From assembly GCA_043228905.1 (NCBI GenBank), contig JBHGNT010000003.1:7254001-7318000 (forward strand): a stretch of 64,000 nt of DNA, written 5' to 3'. The notes below the pieces were generated by a model. The model was not told the origin of the DNA, did no database searches, and was given only the letters and a program-made list of their open reading frames with translations. The DNA is from Azolla caroliniana (Eukaryota > Plantae > Polypodiophyta). Made by a program: the position numbers and the translations under genes. Of this stretch, positions 23,331 to 37,529 are shown in pieces (position 1 is the stretch's first letter; each line of letters opens with the position of its first letter).

Positions 23331-26300
23331 AGCCCCCCCTTGTTTATCTCCGGAGGCCTTTCATACACACCATGGTGACTCCTTGCCCCATTGTTTTGGA
23401 GAACAAGATGAATGACTAGATAGCGGGCTTATCTTGCCCTACCGTAGTTGCTACTTTTGCTCGATTGAGACAGACGTGCGATAACCTTATCTCCCTTGTT
23501 GCTTTGCTTTTTGTGGTTGCCTACGAGAGAGACGAAAATGATGATATTGTTTGGCCTAGGTGTCATTTGTTGTGTTTTGAGGGAGATGAGTGAGATATTA
23601 CATCCCCCCCCCCCCCCAAGTTGCTAACATACATGAATCTAAAAGAGATGAATGATAGTGAATTAATCCCTAGTTGGTGTTTCAATACTATGAATGGCAT
23701 TAGCCTAGTTGTTGGCTGATATAACCTAATTTGAGAGAAATGGATTATGATACAATATCCCCTGGTTGGTACCATTCCCATATCATGTGTGGCCTTGCCT
23801 AGTCGGTTGAGATAACATGATTTGAGAGAAATGAATGATTGGTTGAGGTAGGAGTAGGACTAGAGTTAGAATGAGATATTATCACCATTTGCTACTCTTC
23901 TTGTTAGAAATAACACAAATGGCCTTGCCTGGTTGCTGGTTAAGGTAGATGGATTGAGAGATATCATTATTTGCATGGCCCAAGTGGATGGATGCAAACG
24001 TTCGATTTGACCTCTACATGAATAATAGCCCATGCTTGCAATTCTATTTTCTTCTTCAAGAAAAAGTATGGAATTTTATCAAGGGGAATTATATATTATG
24101 CAATTATAGAACATCATTGAGGTAGAATTAGGAGAAAGGCCACTATGTACTCGTAGATGTTTTGTTAAATATTTATTACAGATGGCAACCTCGCATACAC
24201 ACACGGTTAGGCCCGAAAAGTAGATGGCATGACATGTTCAATAATAATCACATCATACATGATCTAGATGGAATCCTAACTTCATAGAAAACAATAGATA
24301 CACATGAAAATCATTTTCCTTATCACCCTCAAGATTTTGATTTTCTTCACCTCTCATCCTTGCATCAAGTTGTCTCTCACCCTTGATGTATGCCATAAGG
24401 CATGTGCTATTCCCCCATGAAAGTTCCTAAACACATTATATCATGACCAACACACTATTTATAAATCATTTGTCGTTGCAACGTTTATTTGACAATATAA
24501 TCCTTTATGCAAGTTGCAAGGATGAACATTATTCTTGGGGATGCAACAATAAACATTGCCATAATAAGGAACAAGTTGAAGTATTTGTAACCATATTATA
24601 AACTACACACCTAAAAATACGTTGGTTCGTTTTGCAAATACATAGTGAAGATTGCAAACTTTCTTGAGGGATATTTTGGCAATTCGTGATTGTATTAATG
24701 ATAAGAAATTAATGAAAAGATTGAGGGAAAGATTAAAGCAAACCTACTACTCTCAAGCAAAGGACGAATAGAAAACCCCATCGGCTTCCCAATATATGGC
24801 CTCATGTTATACCTTGCAAGTCAATGAATTGATGGATTTGAAATACAAGAGCTTTGCCGCACCGACAAAGACTTAACAACATCTTTTAGGTGCCATGTGG
24901 AAGGGGTCGACAGTCCTTATGGGTTAGAAGTCCTTACACTTTCAAACCGCAACGTGTTAGAAGTCCTTATGGGTTAGTCCCAAATCATTGGATAATTGAT
25001 ACCCATAAACCCATTAAAATTGGCCTTTACAATTGCCTCATAAGGTTATGCCTAGAACGTTCTCCTTGCTTTTAGAACATTGCACTTTAAAGTTTGATTT
25101 AGTAATGTGATCTTTCTCTTCAATGGCATAACCCACATTTTGATCCTAACATTTTATTTCAAAATCTCGACTTCATTCCACATGTTTGGATGTGCCTCGA
25201 GTCCTTATCAATTTTCACCTTAGTATATTCAATTTCCCATTTAACCTACCCTTAAGCATTAAAACTATTCTTTACTATTAGTTCATAGATATATTAGTTT
25301 CTCCGGAATATTTTACATACATACATATATGAGCATAGATGTAGATAAAAATATCTTATCCCAACAAATATATTTTACAACTTGATCCAAAGAGGCATTT
25401 TAAGTATATGTGGTGTGAAAAAAATGAAACTTGGAAATGCACATGAAGTACATGGATAAAGATTCCGTATGATTTCCATGGCATCAAGAACGTGTATATG
25501 GTCTTTTAGCACCACTCTTCATCACTTCTTCGTCATGGATTTGAAGTTATTATGTTCTACAAAATCGCCATCACATATTGGACCATTCTCATCCTTTGAA
25601 CCTTTGGAACAAGTTACGTAAAAGAAGACAATTTCTTGTTCTACTCATTGCATAGTAAAATGAAGAAGATTCTAATTGTATGATTCCAAATCATTGATGA
25701 GAAAAACTTTGGAAGGCTGAAAAGCAATGGATTTGATGCACTCCCGAGTATTTATAAAACACCATTCTAGTATCAAGAGTCAAATATTTTTGTAGGTACA
25801 AATGTCATCACAATATTCTCACTTCTTTTACAAATTAGGGTTTCAAATTTCAATTGAAAATGATACAATTGTGCGGAAATCAAAAGATTAACAATAGTGG
25901 AGGTACCTAAAATTGTTGCTAAGCACATCACTTCAATTAATTATTGCCATCGTTGTGTCCATCATTAGAAAACTTAACATTGGAGTACATTGATTGGGCC
26001 TTCCCTCGTTAGGTGTCCAATAACACACACATGAATCAAAACATGCCAATGTTTATTAAAGTTTAGTAATTCAATTCTCATGCATCTCTATGCACTCTCT
26101 CTTTACTCCAACATGCCTAGTGAGGGAGTCAGGGACGTCATTCATCGAAGTTTGTTGTACACAACATTCATGCATTATGTTAAATCCAATGACACTTAAT
26201 TTATAAATAAGAGATTGAAATATAGGTCTATTTTAAATAAAAAACAATATTTGATTGCCTTAAGTGTGGTCCTCTGTTTTAAAAGGGAACTTATCTCCAT

Positions 26301-28559
26301 TAAGTAATAACCGTAAAATAATCTGGTGGACCTCTTGAAAAAAGGAATTACAATTTTCGTGGTTGGTAGCTAACTACTTCGCAAAATACACATGGCACCA
26401 CATGTCACATAATGAAAGAACCTATAAATCATACAATACTTTCTTGTGAATTGAGTAATGGTTGTTGTCAATGATGGAGCTACCAGAAAATAATCAACTT
26501 ACGAGATTCTTAATTGAATTAATAATAGGTGACTCATAGCCATCTCAATGTATCATATGGAAGAATAATAATGATGTGCAAGAACATGATCACAACATCT
26601 AGGAGTGTATAGGCACAACAACAATTTCTCTCACACTATGGACATGTACATGCTCCTAATTTAAGCAATATAGGAAGAAAATTTTATTGAGACATTTATT
26701 ATAATGACACTACCCTCTATGTTGTGTTAGTAGAGGCTACTCTTTTTGTTGCATCGATTATCCATGTCATAAGACATCTTAATAAAATTACTGTTGTCAT
26801 AGACACACACACAAAAACCCCTAGTATGGATCTTATGGTGAGGTAAATCCTCTAAGGTGTTGCAATACTAATTGGTGGAAAGTTGACTTGCAATACTAAG
26901 GTGTTCCAAGGACAAGGTGCTTGCAAATCTTCTTGTGAAAAGTACCAAATCAGTTTTCCTTTTAATCTAAAGACTTATTGTTGTACCCCATGGAGATCAT
27001 CAAACAAGAACTAATTTCTCAAACCCTAACTATTATGTACCCCATTACCTAAGGTAGTAGAATACAACCTTATATGATAGTGAGGGTAAACCTTAAAACC
27101 CATTGAATTAGGGGACAAATAATTACTTGTTAATGATGCCCAACGTCAAGACATAACAATCCAAATTAACTACCTTGGCAATTGGGCATGTAAGGAATCT
27201 CTACATGGCATCCTCCTAAATCTTGGGTAGAAAAAACATGACCCATTAGAAACGTGTTGGTATTTTAAAGCCATTTCAAAGACAACCCACCCATCGTTCC
27301 CAACAAAGAAATACTTTAGCATGGAATCCAAAATGAGAATTTCATCAAACATCCAATGCCACCATTGTATACAATGGGTAATATGTGATGTATGTGAAAC
27401 CTTCATCTCTAGCCAAACTCTAGCTTCAATCAACTTATGATATACATAATTGGTGTGCACTCGGAGTATCAATTTCTTTTACCATTAAATAAACATTCTT
27501 TTTCGTGCTTCCTCTAGCACCAATAGGGACCACAAGAATAGGCATTCTAGCTACTGTTGGCCAAATGTAGTCATATCCAGGAGGTATATGGAATCTAGTG
27601 CACATTGTCCTAAAGGTCATGATATGATTGTGTGACTTTTAAACAACATTTTGTACAATTAACAAGCCAAGCCTTGACACGCAATTAAACTTACACTTGA
27701 TATTTTCTTTTCTATCCTAATATAATGGTTGTGAGGCTGCAAGCACTTATGTCAATGGAGAGTTAGTATCTTTTCTACACTTGGGTGGTTGTCACTTGAC
27801 CAATTCTAAACATTTGCCAAAAGTGAACTGATTTTTGACCCATAATATGTTTTGAGCATTTAAACGATTAGTCACTATTAACATCATACCACCATAAATA
27901 AACAATTGTTATTTTCCCATGGTTGTATCCCAACATTCTTGACAAATTAACAAATTATTTGGACCCATAGTTGAGTTCCTATAGAGGCTAAATGTTTGAG
28001 CAACCATATCATCCTCCAAATTTTGTAGGGATGTTTCCTATATGTGCTTTAGGGTAAAAACATGGCAAAAAATAGGAATCATTTGAATTATTATTGTGTA
28101 CAACTTTGAGTCAAATTGTCACAAAATGTCAATATCAAGATCCCTATGTGCTATATAAGTGGAAAATTTGCTTAGTGTTGAACCATTCCGGTTCAATGCC
28201 AATCTTCAACACCCTTATCATCTTGGTCTCAAGGTAATATAAATTCTTGTCTTCTTGCTTGTTATTATTTTCTTGTCGTCAAAATCGACATTGTCTTTGT
28301 AGTATCAGTCATGATAGTGTGAACCGGAATACACTCATATTTTTTCCGACTATCTAGCCGAATCTTCCATCACAATGGCGACTATTAGTAAGTAAGAGTA
28401 TATGCATATTCGAACAGAGCTCAACTTCCAAACGTCAAATTTTATAGCATTCGAACAAGAGAATCAAAAGCTTCTTGGTGACTTACAACAAGTGAGTGTC
28501 GAAAAGGCACAACATGAGGAATTCTCTAAATGAGTCCAACAACTTGAAGTGGTTGTGTT

Positions 28560-29350
28560 ATCTCTTTGACAACAAGGTTCAACCTCTCAAACCTTGTTGA
28601 AAGAACCCAGAATTAGTTTGCCAACAAAGTTTGATGGTACATGGTCTCAGTTTCGAGGATTTTTAAATTAGGTGCGCCTTGTAATTCATATGCATCCCAG
28701 CTATTATCCAACAGACACAAGTCGAGTTGAGTTAGTTTGAACGTTATTAACAAGAACCACACTAGCATGGTTTGCACCATTGCGAGAGAAGAAGTCCCCT
28801 ATACTAAAAAACTTTGATACCTTTATCAATTAATTTAAACCTAGTTGTGCTGATATAGATAGTGTAAGAATGACGATAAACAAGACCTGGAGATTGTGTC
28901 AAGGAGATTGGGCCGCCTCAACTTACGCAACAAATTTTCATATTCTTGCTTGTGATATCCCTTGGAATGAAGCGTCGTTAATGGACTTATTCCAACATGA
29001 TCTATGTAGTGATGTTAAAGAATTGATTTTGACATTTCATGAGGGCCCTAAATCATTGATAAAGATATAAGTTGCATAGTTCAATGCAACAATTGTTTGT
29101 TCCAGTGGGGTTTTGAGTACTGAAAAATTTCCACATGAGCCAACATATGCTTCAATATTAGCCTCACCACCTTTAGGACCACTTAAAGTTCCCAATCCTA
29201 TTATTTTTGATGGACCTAGGACAATGGAGCTTGATGCGACATGCTGCCGAGGTCCTTTGTATGAAGTAGAGAAACACATACGTTGAGCAAATCAACTTTG
29301 TCTATATTTTGTTGTCCATGACATATATCAATGCATTGTGTACATTGATC
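28560..29350 (+). mobile_element. Degenerate Ty3/Gypsy gag (Retrotrans_gag type)
   Basis: KEPRISLPTKFDG..FRGFLN*VRLVIHMHP..LAWFAPL..YATNF..DIPWNEASLM..MELDA. Confidence 0.75.
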
Positions 29351-29599
29351 AAAGAGACAGTTAAATCAAGTAAGTACTATTCAGAATTTCGATTCATATT
29401 CTTCAGTCAAAGTCGATACACCAAGAACTCCCATGAGTAGTGTCATATAAAACTCGTGTGTATGTGCTATTCGAGTGGGATCATAGGGGTCATGGGCCAA
29501 GGAGAACATGAAGTCATCAGAGGAGATTCTTCAGACCTCCTTGTTGATCTTCTTGAATGGATTCCATTTTTAATACTTTGTCACAAAGTTGACTCCTCT

Positions 29600-30445
29600 T
29601 CTAATTGGCTTAGCACTTCAAACTTATTGGACAAGGGTGGATTATTCATAATATTAGATTCACTAACTGCTTCTAAAATGTTGGACTCATTTTTATTGTC
29701 ATAGTGAATTTGATTTACCTAACCTCTCGACCTACGGGAGCAATGAATGGCTATATGTCCTGGACCTCCGCAATATAAGCACATACGGTTTGCTCGGCAT
29801 CGTTGCTTCTCTTTGTCGGACAACGGTCCTCGTCATTGAGTGATATCGATCTCCATAGGTGTAGGACTATCCATTGGGACTGGACTACGTGTTTGCCTTG
29901 GAGTTGGAGCATGGCTATATGTTTGCCTTGGGGATGAGTGTGTCGTTACTGATGCATAAGTTGGTGTGAATCTTGATCTTGTTATTTGTTGTTGTCGCTC
30001 ACATGGATGCTCAAAAAGGCGATTATCACACCGTATTGCTCGACTAATAGCTTCTGTAAGTGACCTTGGATCCTCAGGGAAGGTAATAAGTAAGTCCTTG
30101 ACATCACTACGAAGGCCTGAACGGAATTACTCCATTAGGGCTTGTTCATCCCAATGAATATCGCTTGTGATGAGACGGAAATTGGCGGCATATGTCGAAG
30201 CTAGCTGATCACCTTGATGTAGTGTACGAATCTTGTTGATAGCTTTTCTCGCCCCATCAGTATCTCCGAAACAAGCCTTAAATTCTTTGATAAATTCCTC
30301 AAAATTATTCAGTAGAGGACAATTTGTCTCGAGCAATGGAGCAAACCATGACAATGCTATGCCAGTCAATAAGGTGCCCACTAACCCGACTTGTGATGCA
30401 TTTGTCGAATAACGTGTGGGATGCATTTGAATCACCAACCGTACT
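29600..30445 (-). mobile_element. Ty3/Gypsy gag fragment of the same family, opposite orientation, interrupted by a Copia LTR
   Basis: QVRLVIQMHPTRY..ALSWFAPLLE..YAANFR..WDEQALME; zinc knuckle CLYCGGPGHIAIHC near 29740-29785. Confidence 0.85.
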
Positions 30446-31465
30446 TGACAGGAATACACGCTCCCTAAGCACAACGCTCGGCCACAACCGAGTCTAGGAT
30501 CAAACACAGAAAAACGGGTAAGGTACGCACGACATAGTGAAGAGAAGAGTACACAGGGTGTTAACGTGGAAAAAACCCAAACTAGGGAAAAACCACGGCA
30601 GCCCATAGACTACAAACTATCACTATATCACAATGTACAATAGTAAAGCACCGAGGCAACGACCTCGAGCTTGCTATCTTCGCCACAGGCGGCGGTTACA
30701 ACAGAGGCAACGACTTCTTCCTCTCTCTCTCTCTCTCTCTCTCTCTGTACACAGTTACGCACTCAGATCTTGCACCAACAAGAATGACAACTACAATACC
30801 ACTAAGTTTGCCCTAAGTCATATTTATACTAATATGACTTTTCGGCTATTTACAAATATAGCCCCGATGGACTCTCAGAAAACATATTTATGAATATGTC
30901 CCTTCATCCGGTGAGCACTTCTCACCGGGCCTTCACCATCCGGCTCTTGCCGGGTACTCGTCATCCGGTTCTCACTGGGTCTTCCGTAGCCGGGTACTCC
31001 CCATCCGGTTCTCACTGGGTCTTCTGTTGCCGGGTTCTCCACATCCGGTTCTCACCGGGTCTTCGTTGCCGGGTACTCCACATCCGGTTTCGGCCTCGGC
31101 CAAGGCCGAGTTTGCTCATCAACACTGTTCTTCTCACTTCCCATCCGGAGGGACCTGTTTCCTAACAAACTCCCCCTTCACTCCGGCATGGGATGTTTTA
31201 CTAGTTCGATCCGCTTCCGACATGCATCCAGCTTGTCGGGTATCAGTACTTTGGTCAGCATATCTCCGTTCTCGGCCGTGTGGATCTTCGTCAGCGCGAA
31301 CTCTCGATCTTCTACTCGCTCCCGGATCCAGTGATACCTACGCTGGATGTGCTTGGTCCTGGAATGGTACGCTGCGTTCTTAGCAAGGTGGATGGCACTT
31401 TGACTGTCGCAATAGAGTCGGTATTCATCTTGTCGGATAACGAGCTCTCCGATGAAGTTCTTCAT
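30446..31465 (-). mobile_element. Copia element A: 3' LTR (30446-31167), PPT and RNase H end; interrupted by element B
   Basis: LTR with TG..CA termini homologous to 32938-33754; minus-strand PPT AAGGGGGAGTT; YCDSQSAIHLAKNAAYHSRTKHI. Confidence 0.88.
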
Positions 31466-32937
31466 TGTTGAGAGACAAGCTCAACATCGGCCGGATCGGC
31501 TGAAGAAGCCGAGGACCGGATCGGTTGGGACCGATCGGTTAGGCCGAGTGCGTAAACCGGGAGGTCGTTAGGAAAGATATTCCGTGAGGAATATATTTGG
31601 GAGTTAGTGTAGGGGCTCTTGATGAGCATTGAAGTACTGTCAGTACTTCGGTCAGTCCTTTTAGGACTTGTATAAAAGTGCTCACTGAGCACGTCTTATG
31701 TACAGAGATTGTGTATTATTGTTGAATATAGTTTTTTGTGTTTCTCTCTCTATCTCTCCCGCGTATACCGTGTAAGCCTAAGCTCTCCATTGAACCTGAG
31801 TTTCCTTTCTCTGTTCTGTCTTCATACTTGCTTCCGCACGCTACTTTCTACATGGTATCAGAGCGCGAGGGTTGAGAACCTCTCTGCAACCGACACAGCT
31901 TGACGAAGAAGAACAAGAAGAACGATGGATAGAGGCATGGCGAGCTCGTTTCCAACAGAGAAGCTTGACAGAACCAACTATGCGTCTTGGTCCTACAAGA
32001 TGCACCAGTACCTACTCGGGCACGGCTACTGGAGTTATGTCGAAGGAGCTAATGACGCGGCACTCGAATCGACACACAGAGACTTCCTGTCGTGGGAGCA
32101 ATCGGCGAGCAGGGTACTATACTGCTTCGCGTCGTGTGTGGGCGAACAACTATTGAGCTATGTTCGGGATGCAAAGATGTCGAAGGGTGCGTGGGAAAAT
32201 CTGAAGAAGATTTTCGCCGCGAGCACCACAGCCAGGAAGCTTCAGCTCCGACAGGAGTTGAGCAACCTACGACAACGCGACTTGTTGGTGGCAGACTATA
32301 CCTCGAAGATCAAGGATATCTGCGACTCCCTCGCCTCCATAGAGGTGAACATCGAGGAGAGCGAGATGGTCCAGATCTGTCTCGGAGGTTTGGCGTCGAA
32401 GTTCGGAGCGTTCCGAACGGCTGTGTGTACCCGGGAGAATACGCCGTCCTTTTTCGACTTACAGTCGATGCTCCTGGTAGAGGAGAACCACGCGGGTGCG
32501 TCTACAAGCACGCACACCGACAACAGAATGCTGTACACGGAGGAAGATAGGCCCTGTGGACGTGGAGGATGAGGCGAGTCGGCACGCAATGGAGGCGGCC
32601 GACGAGATCAAGAAAGAAGGCACCGAAGTGATGCCGACAGCAACTCCGGACCCTCTGGAAACATGGGGAGTCGAAGCGATGAGAACCGACAAGGGAAGTC
32701 CATCGCAGAGTGCTGGTACTGTGGCAAGAAAGGCCACAGGGAAAGTGAGTGCTGGAAGAAGCGCGCCGATTCGGAGAGAACTGGTTCCGGGAACGGCTCC
32801 AGACATACCGACAAGGGAAATTGGCAGCGATCGCACTACGTTGAAGACTCCGGGAGAGCCGGAGAAGGGTCTGTATTCGTGACGAGGCACGAAGCAAACT
32901 CAATGAAATAGAGCACCCCGAGATCGGACGAGGTGTG
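31466..32937 (+). mobile_element. Copia element B: 5' LTR (31466-31852), tRNA-iMet PBS (31853-31864), gag; interrupted by element C
   Basis: TGTTGAG...TACA then TGGTATCAGAGC; gag EKLDRTNYASWSYKMHQYL; zinc knuckle CWYCGKKGHRESEC. Confidence 0.92.
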
Positions 32938-33222
32938 TGACGATGAACCTAACGTTCCTTTTGCACGACGCTCGGCCACAACCGAGCGTAGAATGATACA
33001 CAGAAAACGGGAAGAAAAACACGACACAAAGGAGAGGAAGATATACACACACTACACAGGAGGTTTACGTGGAAAACCCCAAACTAGGGGAAAAAACCAC
33101 GACAGTCCACAGACTGCAAACTGTCACTATGTAAGAATGTACAAAACAATGAGTCCACGGAGGCAACGACCTCGTGCTCACGATCTTCGCCACAGGCGGC
33201 GGTTACAACAGAGGCAACGACC

Positions 33223-33253
<31 letters not shown>

Positions 33254-36200
33254 GTACAGTTACACACTCTGATTTCGTGCAAGAAAGAAATTGACAACAA
33301 CATAACAAGTTTGCCCTAAGTCATATTTATACTAATATGACTTTTCGGCTATTTACAAATATAGCCTCGATGGGCTCTCAGAAACATATTTACGAATATG
33401 TCTCTTCCTCCGGTTCGCACCGGGCTTGCACCATCCGGCTCTCCGTAGCTGGGTACTCCTCATCAGGTCTTCACCGGGCCTGCACCATCCGGCTCTCCAT
33501 AGCTGGGTACTCCTCATCCGGTCTTCACCAGGCCTGCACCATCCGGCTCTCCGTAGCCGGGTACTCCTCATCCGGTCTTCATCGGGCCTGCACCATCCGG
33601 CTCTCCGTAGCCGGGTACTCCTCATCCGGTCTTCACCGGGCCTGCACCATCCGGCTCTCCATAGCCGGGTACTCCTCATTTGGTTAATACCGGGCCTACA
33701 CCTCGTCGGCACTGTTCTTCTCCCTTCCCATCTGGAGGGACCTGTCTCCCAACAAACTCCCCCTTCACTCCGGCATGGGGTGTCTTACCAGTCCGATTCT
33801 CTTGCGGCATGCATCCAGCTTGTCGGGTGTCAGCACTTTGGTCAGCATATCTGACCCGTTCTCGGCCGTGTAGATCTTCGTCAGTGCGAACTCCTGGTCA
33901 TCTACTCTTTCCTGGATCCAGTGATACCTCCGCTGGATATGCTTCGTTCGGGAATGGTAGGCCGCATTCTTAGCAAGGTGGATGGCACTTTGACTGTCGC
34001 AATAGAGTCGGTATTCCTCTTGCCGTATACCGAGCTCACCGATGAAGTCCTTCATCCATAAGATTTCCTTGCCGGCTTCCACAGCCGCCATGTACTCCGC
34101 CTCTGTGGTTGACAATGCAACCGTCTTCTGCAGCCTCGACTGCCACGAAACAACTCCCCCTGCATATGTCATCACATACCCGGATGTAGACCGGCTGGTA
34201 TCCACATCAGCCGACATGTCCGAATCGGTGAAACCGTCCAGTTGAGGTTTTCCGGAGCCGAATCGGAGACACATATTTGAAGTGCCCTTCAAATACCGGA
34301 GTATCCATTTGACTGCGTTCCAGTGCTCCTTGCCGGGATTACTCATGAACCGGCTCACCACTCCGACTGCGTATCCTATATCGGGTCGGGTACACACCAT
34401 TGCGTACATCAAGCTCTCGACGGCAGAGGCATATGGAATCTTCATCATATCTGCCTTCTCTCCTTTCGTCTTCGGGCTTTGCTTGCCGGACAACTTGCAG
34501 TTTGCTGGAAGTGTCGATCCGACCGGTTTCGCTTCTAACATGTTGAACCGGTGAAGCACCTTTGTCACATACTTCTCCTGTGACAGCCATAGTTGCTTCT
34601 TTAACCGATCCCGAATGATGTGCATCCCCAACATCTGTCTTGCCGGACCCAAGTCTTTCATTGAGAAGGTCCGGTTGAGAGCCTTCTTCAGCATCCGTAT
34701 TTTGACTTGGTCACGTTCGACGATCAACATGTCATCCACGTATAGGAGGAGTATTAAGAAGTCGCCTCCTTCGAACTTCTTCACAAACACACAGTGATCG
34801 GCCTGTGTCTTGTGGTACCCTTGATCGGTCATGAAGGAGTCGAACTTCCGGTACCATTGCCGGGGAGCCTGCTTCAGTCCGTACAGGCTCTTCTTCAACC
34901 GGCATACCAGGTGCTCCTTCCTTTTCTCCACAAATCCTTCCAGTTGCTGCATGTAGATCTCCTCTTCGAGGTCGCCGTGAAGGAATGCCGTCTTCACGTC
35001 CAACTGCTCTACCTCGAGGTCCATGCTTGCTGCTATACTCAGCACCATCCGGATGGAGGTCATCTTTACTACCGGGGCAAATATCTCGTCGAAGTCCACG
35101 CCCTTCTTCTGTTGGAACCCCTTCACCACGATCCTGGCTTTGTATCTCGGGGGGTTGCCGGCATCTCCTGGTTTCAACTTGTACACCCACTTGTTTCGGA
35201 GTGCCCGCTTTCCTTTCGGCAGATCCACCAATTCGTACGTATGGTTCTCATGCAGGGAATCCATCTCGTCCTGCATGGCACTTAACCATTTTCGGCTATG
35301 GGTGTCTTCCTTCGCTTCTTCAAAGCCTTCTGGCTCCCCCTCATCGGTTAGCAGAACATGCTCTGCATCCGGAAATCTCCGGGGGGCCCTTCTCTCTCTG
35401 AGAGGATATCTCCGTCTTCGGGCTTCGGTAACCGGCTCCTCCATTTGCTCTTCATCCGAATCCGATTCGGGGTCTTGGCCGGTTCCGGTCTCAGCTTCCT
35501 CTACTTCTTCTTCTGTCGGTTCGGTATCCTCACCGTAACCGGCTAGTTCCTCGAGTGCTAACCGGTCTCTTGCCGGTTGGGTCTGCTCATCGTAGAGTCT
35601 ATTCTTACCGGTCGACTCGGAGTTCATTATCTTCTTCTCCGATTCCCAATCGGCGAGCGCCTTGCCCTCCATGAAGATAATATCTCGACTCCGGAATACT
35701 TTCTTGTCGACCGGGTCCCACACTCGGTAGCCGAACTCATTGTCGCCGTAACTGAGGAATATGCATGGCCGGGTCTTTGGATCTAACTTTCCTCTCCGGT
35801 CCTTAGCTACATGCACGTACGCGAGACACCCGAATACCTTCAGATGCCGGTAGGACACTTCCTTGCCGGTCCATACTCTCTGTGGCATATCTCCATCCAA
35901 GGGTACTGAGGGTGATCTGTTTATCAGCTATGTCGCCGTCGACAGTGCCTCAGCCCAAAATGTCTTGGGTAATTTTGCCTGCGCCAGCATACTCCGGACC
36001 CTTTCCATTATGGTCCGGTTCATCCTCTTGGCCAACCCGTTTAGTTTCGGCGTCTTCGGCACGGTAAATTCGAGCCGGATTCCCTTCGAGCGATAGTATT
36101 CCTCGAACTGCCCCCGGTATTCACCTCTGTTATCTGCTCAAACCGCCTTCAGTTTCCGGCCGGTTTCTCTTTCCACTCTCGCGTGGAGCTCTTTGAAGAC

Positions 36201-37525
36201 GAATAACACATGATCCTTCGTCTTCAACGGTGTGGCGCAGAGCTTCCGACTGTGGTCATCTATGAACGTCATGAAGTACTGCGATCCAGCATGTGATTTC
36301 GTGTCCACTTGACATACATCAGTATGCACCAACTCCAGTGGTGCATTACGTCTCATCGGTGGCCTCGATTGGAAGGAGGTCCAATTTTGTTTACTGGCTA
36401 AACAATCAATGCACTTCTCCAAGTGCACGTTCTTCACTAGAATGAGGTTGGCGTCTGCAAGCCTCTTCATCCCCTTCTCGCTCTGTGACACAGCCTCTTG
36501 TGCCACAGCTCACCGGTAGTGTCGGAAACCATGTTCACTTCTTCCGGGCATAACCGGGCATTCATCAGGTACAACGTGTTTACCTTCCGGGCCCGAGCCA
36601 CAATCAGGCTCCCTTTGCTGAACTTCATAACACCGTTCCGGATGTTACCCGTGTAGCCTTCATCATCTACCCGGCCGGCTGATATCAGGTTCAGACGAAC
36701 TTCCGGAACGTGTCGGACATCCTTCAACAATAGCTTGCATCCGGTTGGTGTTGTCAACCACACGTCTCCTATGCCGACAATTCGGCATGTACCTTCATTC
36801 CCCATTCGGACACAGTCGTGATCACCGACTGAGTAGGATGAGAAGCATTTCTGGTCCGGGGTAAGGTGGAACGACGCTCCGGACAGAGGTCATCTCGTCG
36901 CCGGCAAGCTTTAGCTCACTCTCCTCGGTGATGAGCATCAACTCTTCTTCACTTGCCGCGATTGCCTTCGTTCCCTTCCGGTCCGGCCCCGTCCGGTCTT
37001 TACCGTTCCGGTCCGGTGTCCGCTTCGAATCGGTACCGTCGGTTTCCTTGTCTTTTCGGAAGTGCCGACAATTCTTCTGGAAGTGTCCCGGCCTGCCGCA
37101 ATAGAAGCAAGTAGGTCACCCCCTTGTCTTTGACCGTGTCCCCAACTTTTCCCGGTTTTGGGGACTACGGTTCTTTTGTCTTCCGCGTTCCGATTCGGTA
37201 AGAAGCGCTTTGGAGTTGGAGCTCGTATCCTTATCTTTCCGACGCGCCTCCTCATCTAGCAAGCTCGACTTCACTCTTGCTAGGGATAACCGTTTCCCTT
37301 CTGGCCCGCCGTTGCCCAAAGTGACAACCAACGTCTCCCAGCTATCTGGGAGGGAACTGAGCAGGAGTAGTGCTAGTACCTCATCGGTGAGAGGTACTTC
37401 AAATGATGTTGCCTGGTGGATCAGCCCCTGGAAGGCATTCATGTGCTCCGTCATGCTGGAGCTATCTTGGTACCAGAGTCTTACTAGCTTCCGAAATACC
37501 AAAACCTGATTAACAACATTTCTGT
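32938..37525 (-). mobile_element. Copia element C (family of A): 3' LTR 32938-33754, pol and partial gag; 5' end missing
   Basis: 711-aa ORF 33765-35900 with RT (QLDVKTAFLHG, LLYVDDMLI) and RNase H; integrase 35880-36500; PR SGASFHL; gag LLLLSSLPDSW. Confidence 0.93.
33421..33695. repeat. 54-bp tandem repeat (~5 copies) inside the LTR of element C
   Basis: 'cgggcctgcaccatccggctctccgtagccgggtactcctcatccggtcttcac' repeated; the A LTR has a shorter ~39-bp variant at 30945-31090. Confidence 0.9.
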
Positions 37526-37529
37526 TTCA

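Noticed and set aside
23400-28300. Possible decayed DNA-transposon remnants in AT-rich tracts (also 9040-10500 and 17640-19500)
   Set aside because: No motif I could identify with confidence; needs a translated profile search
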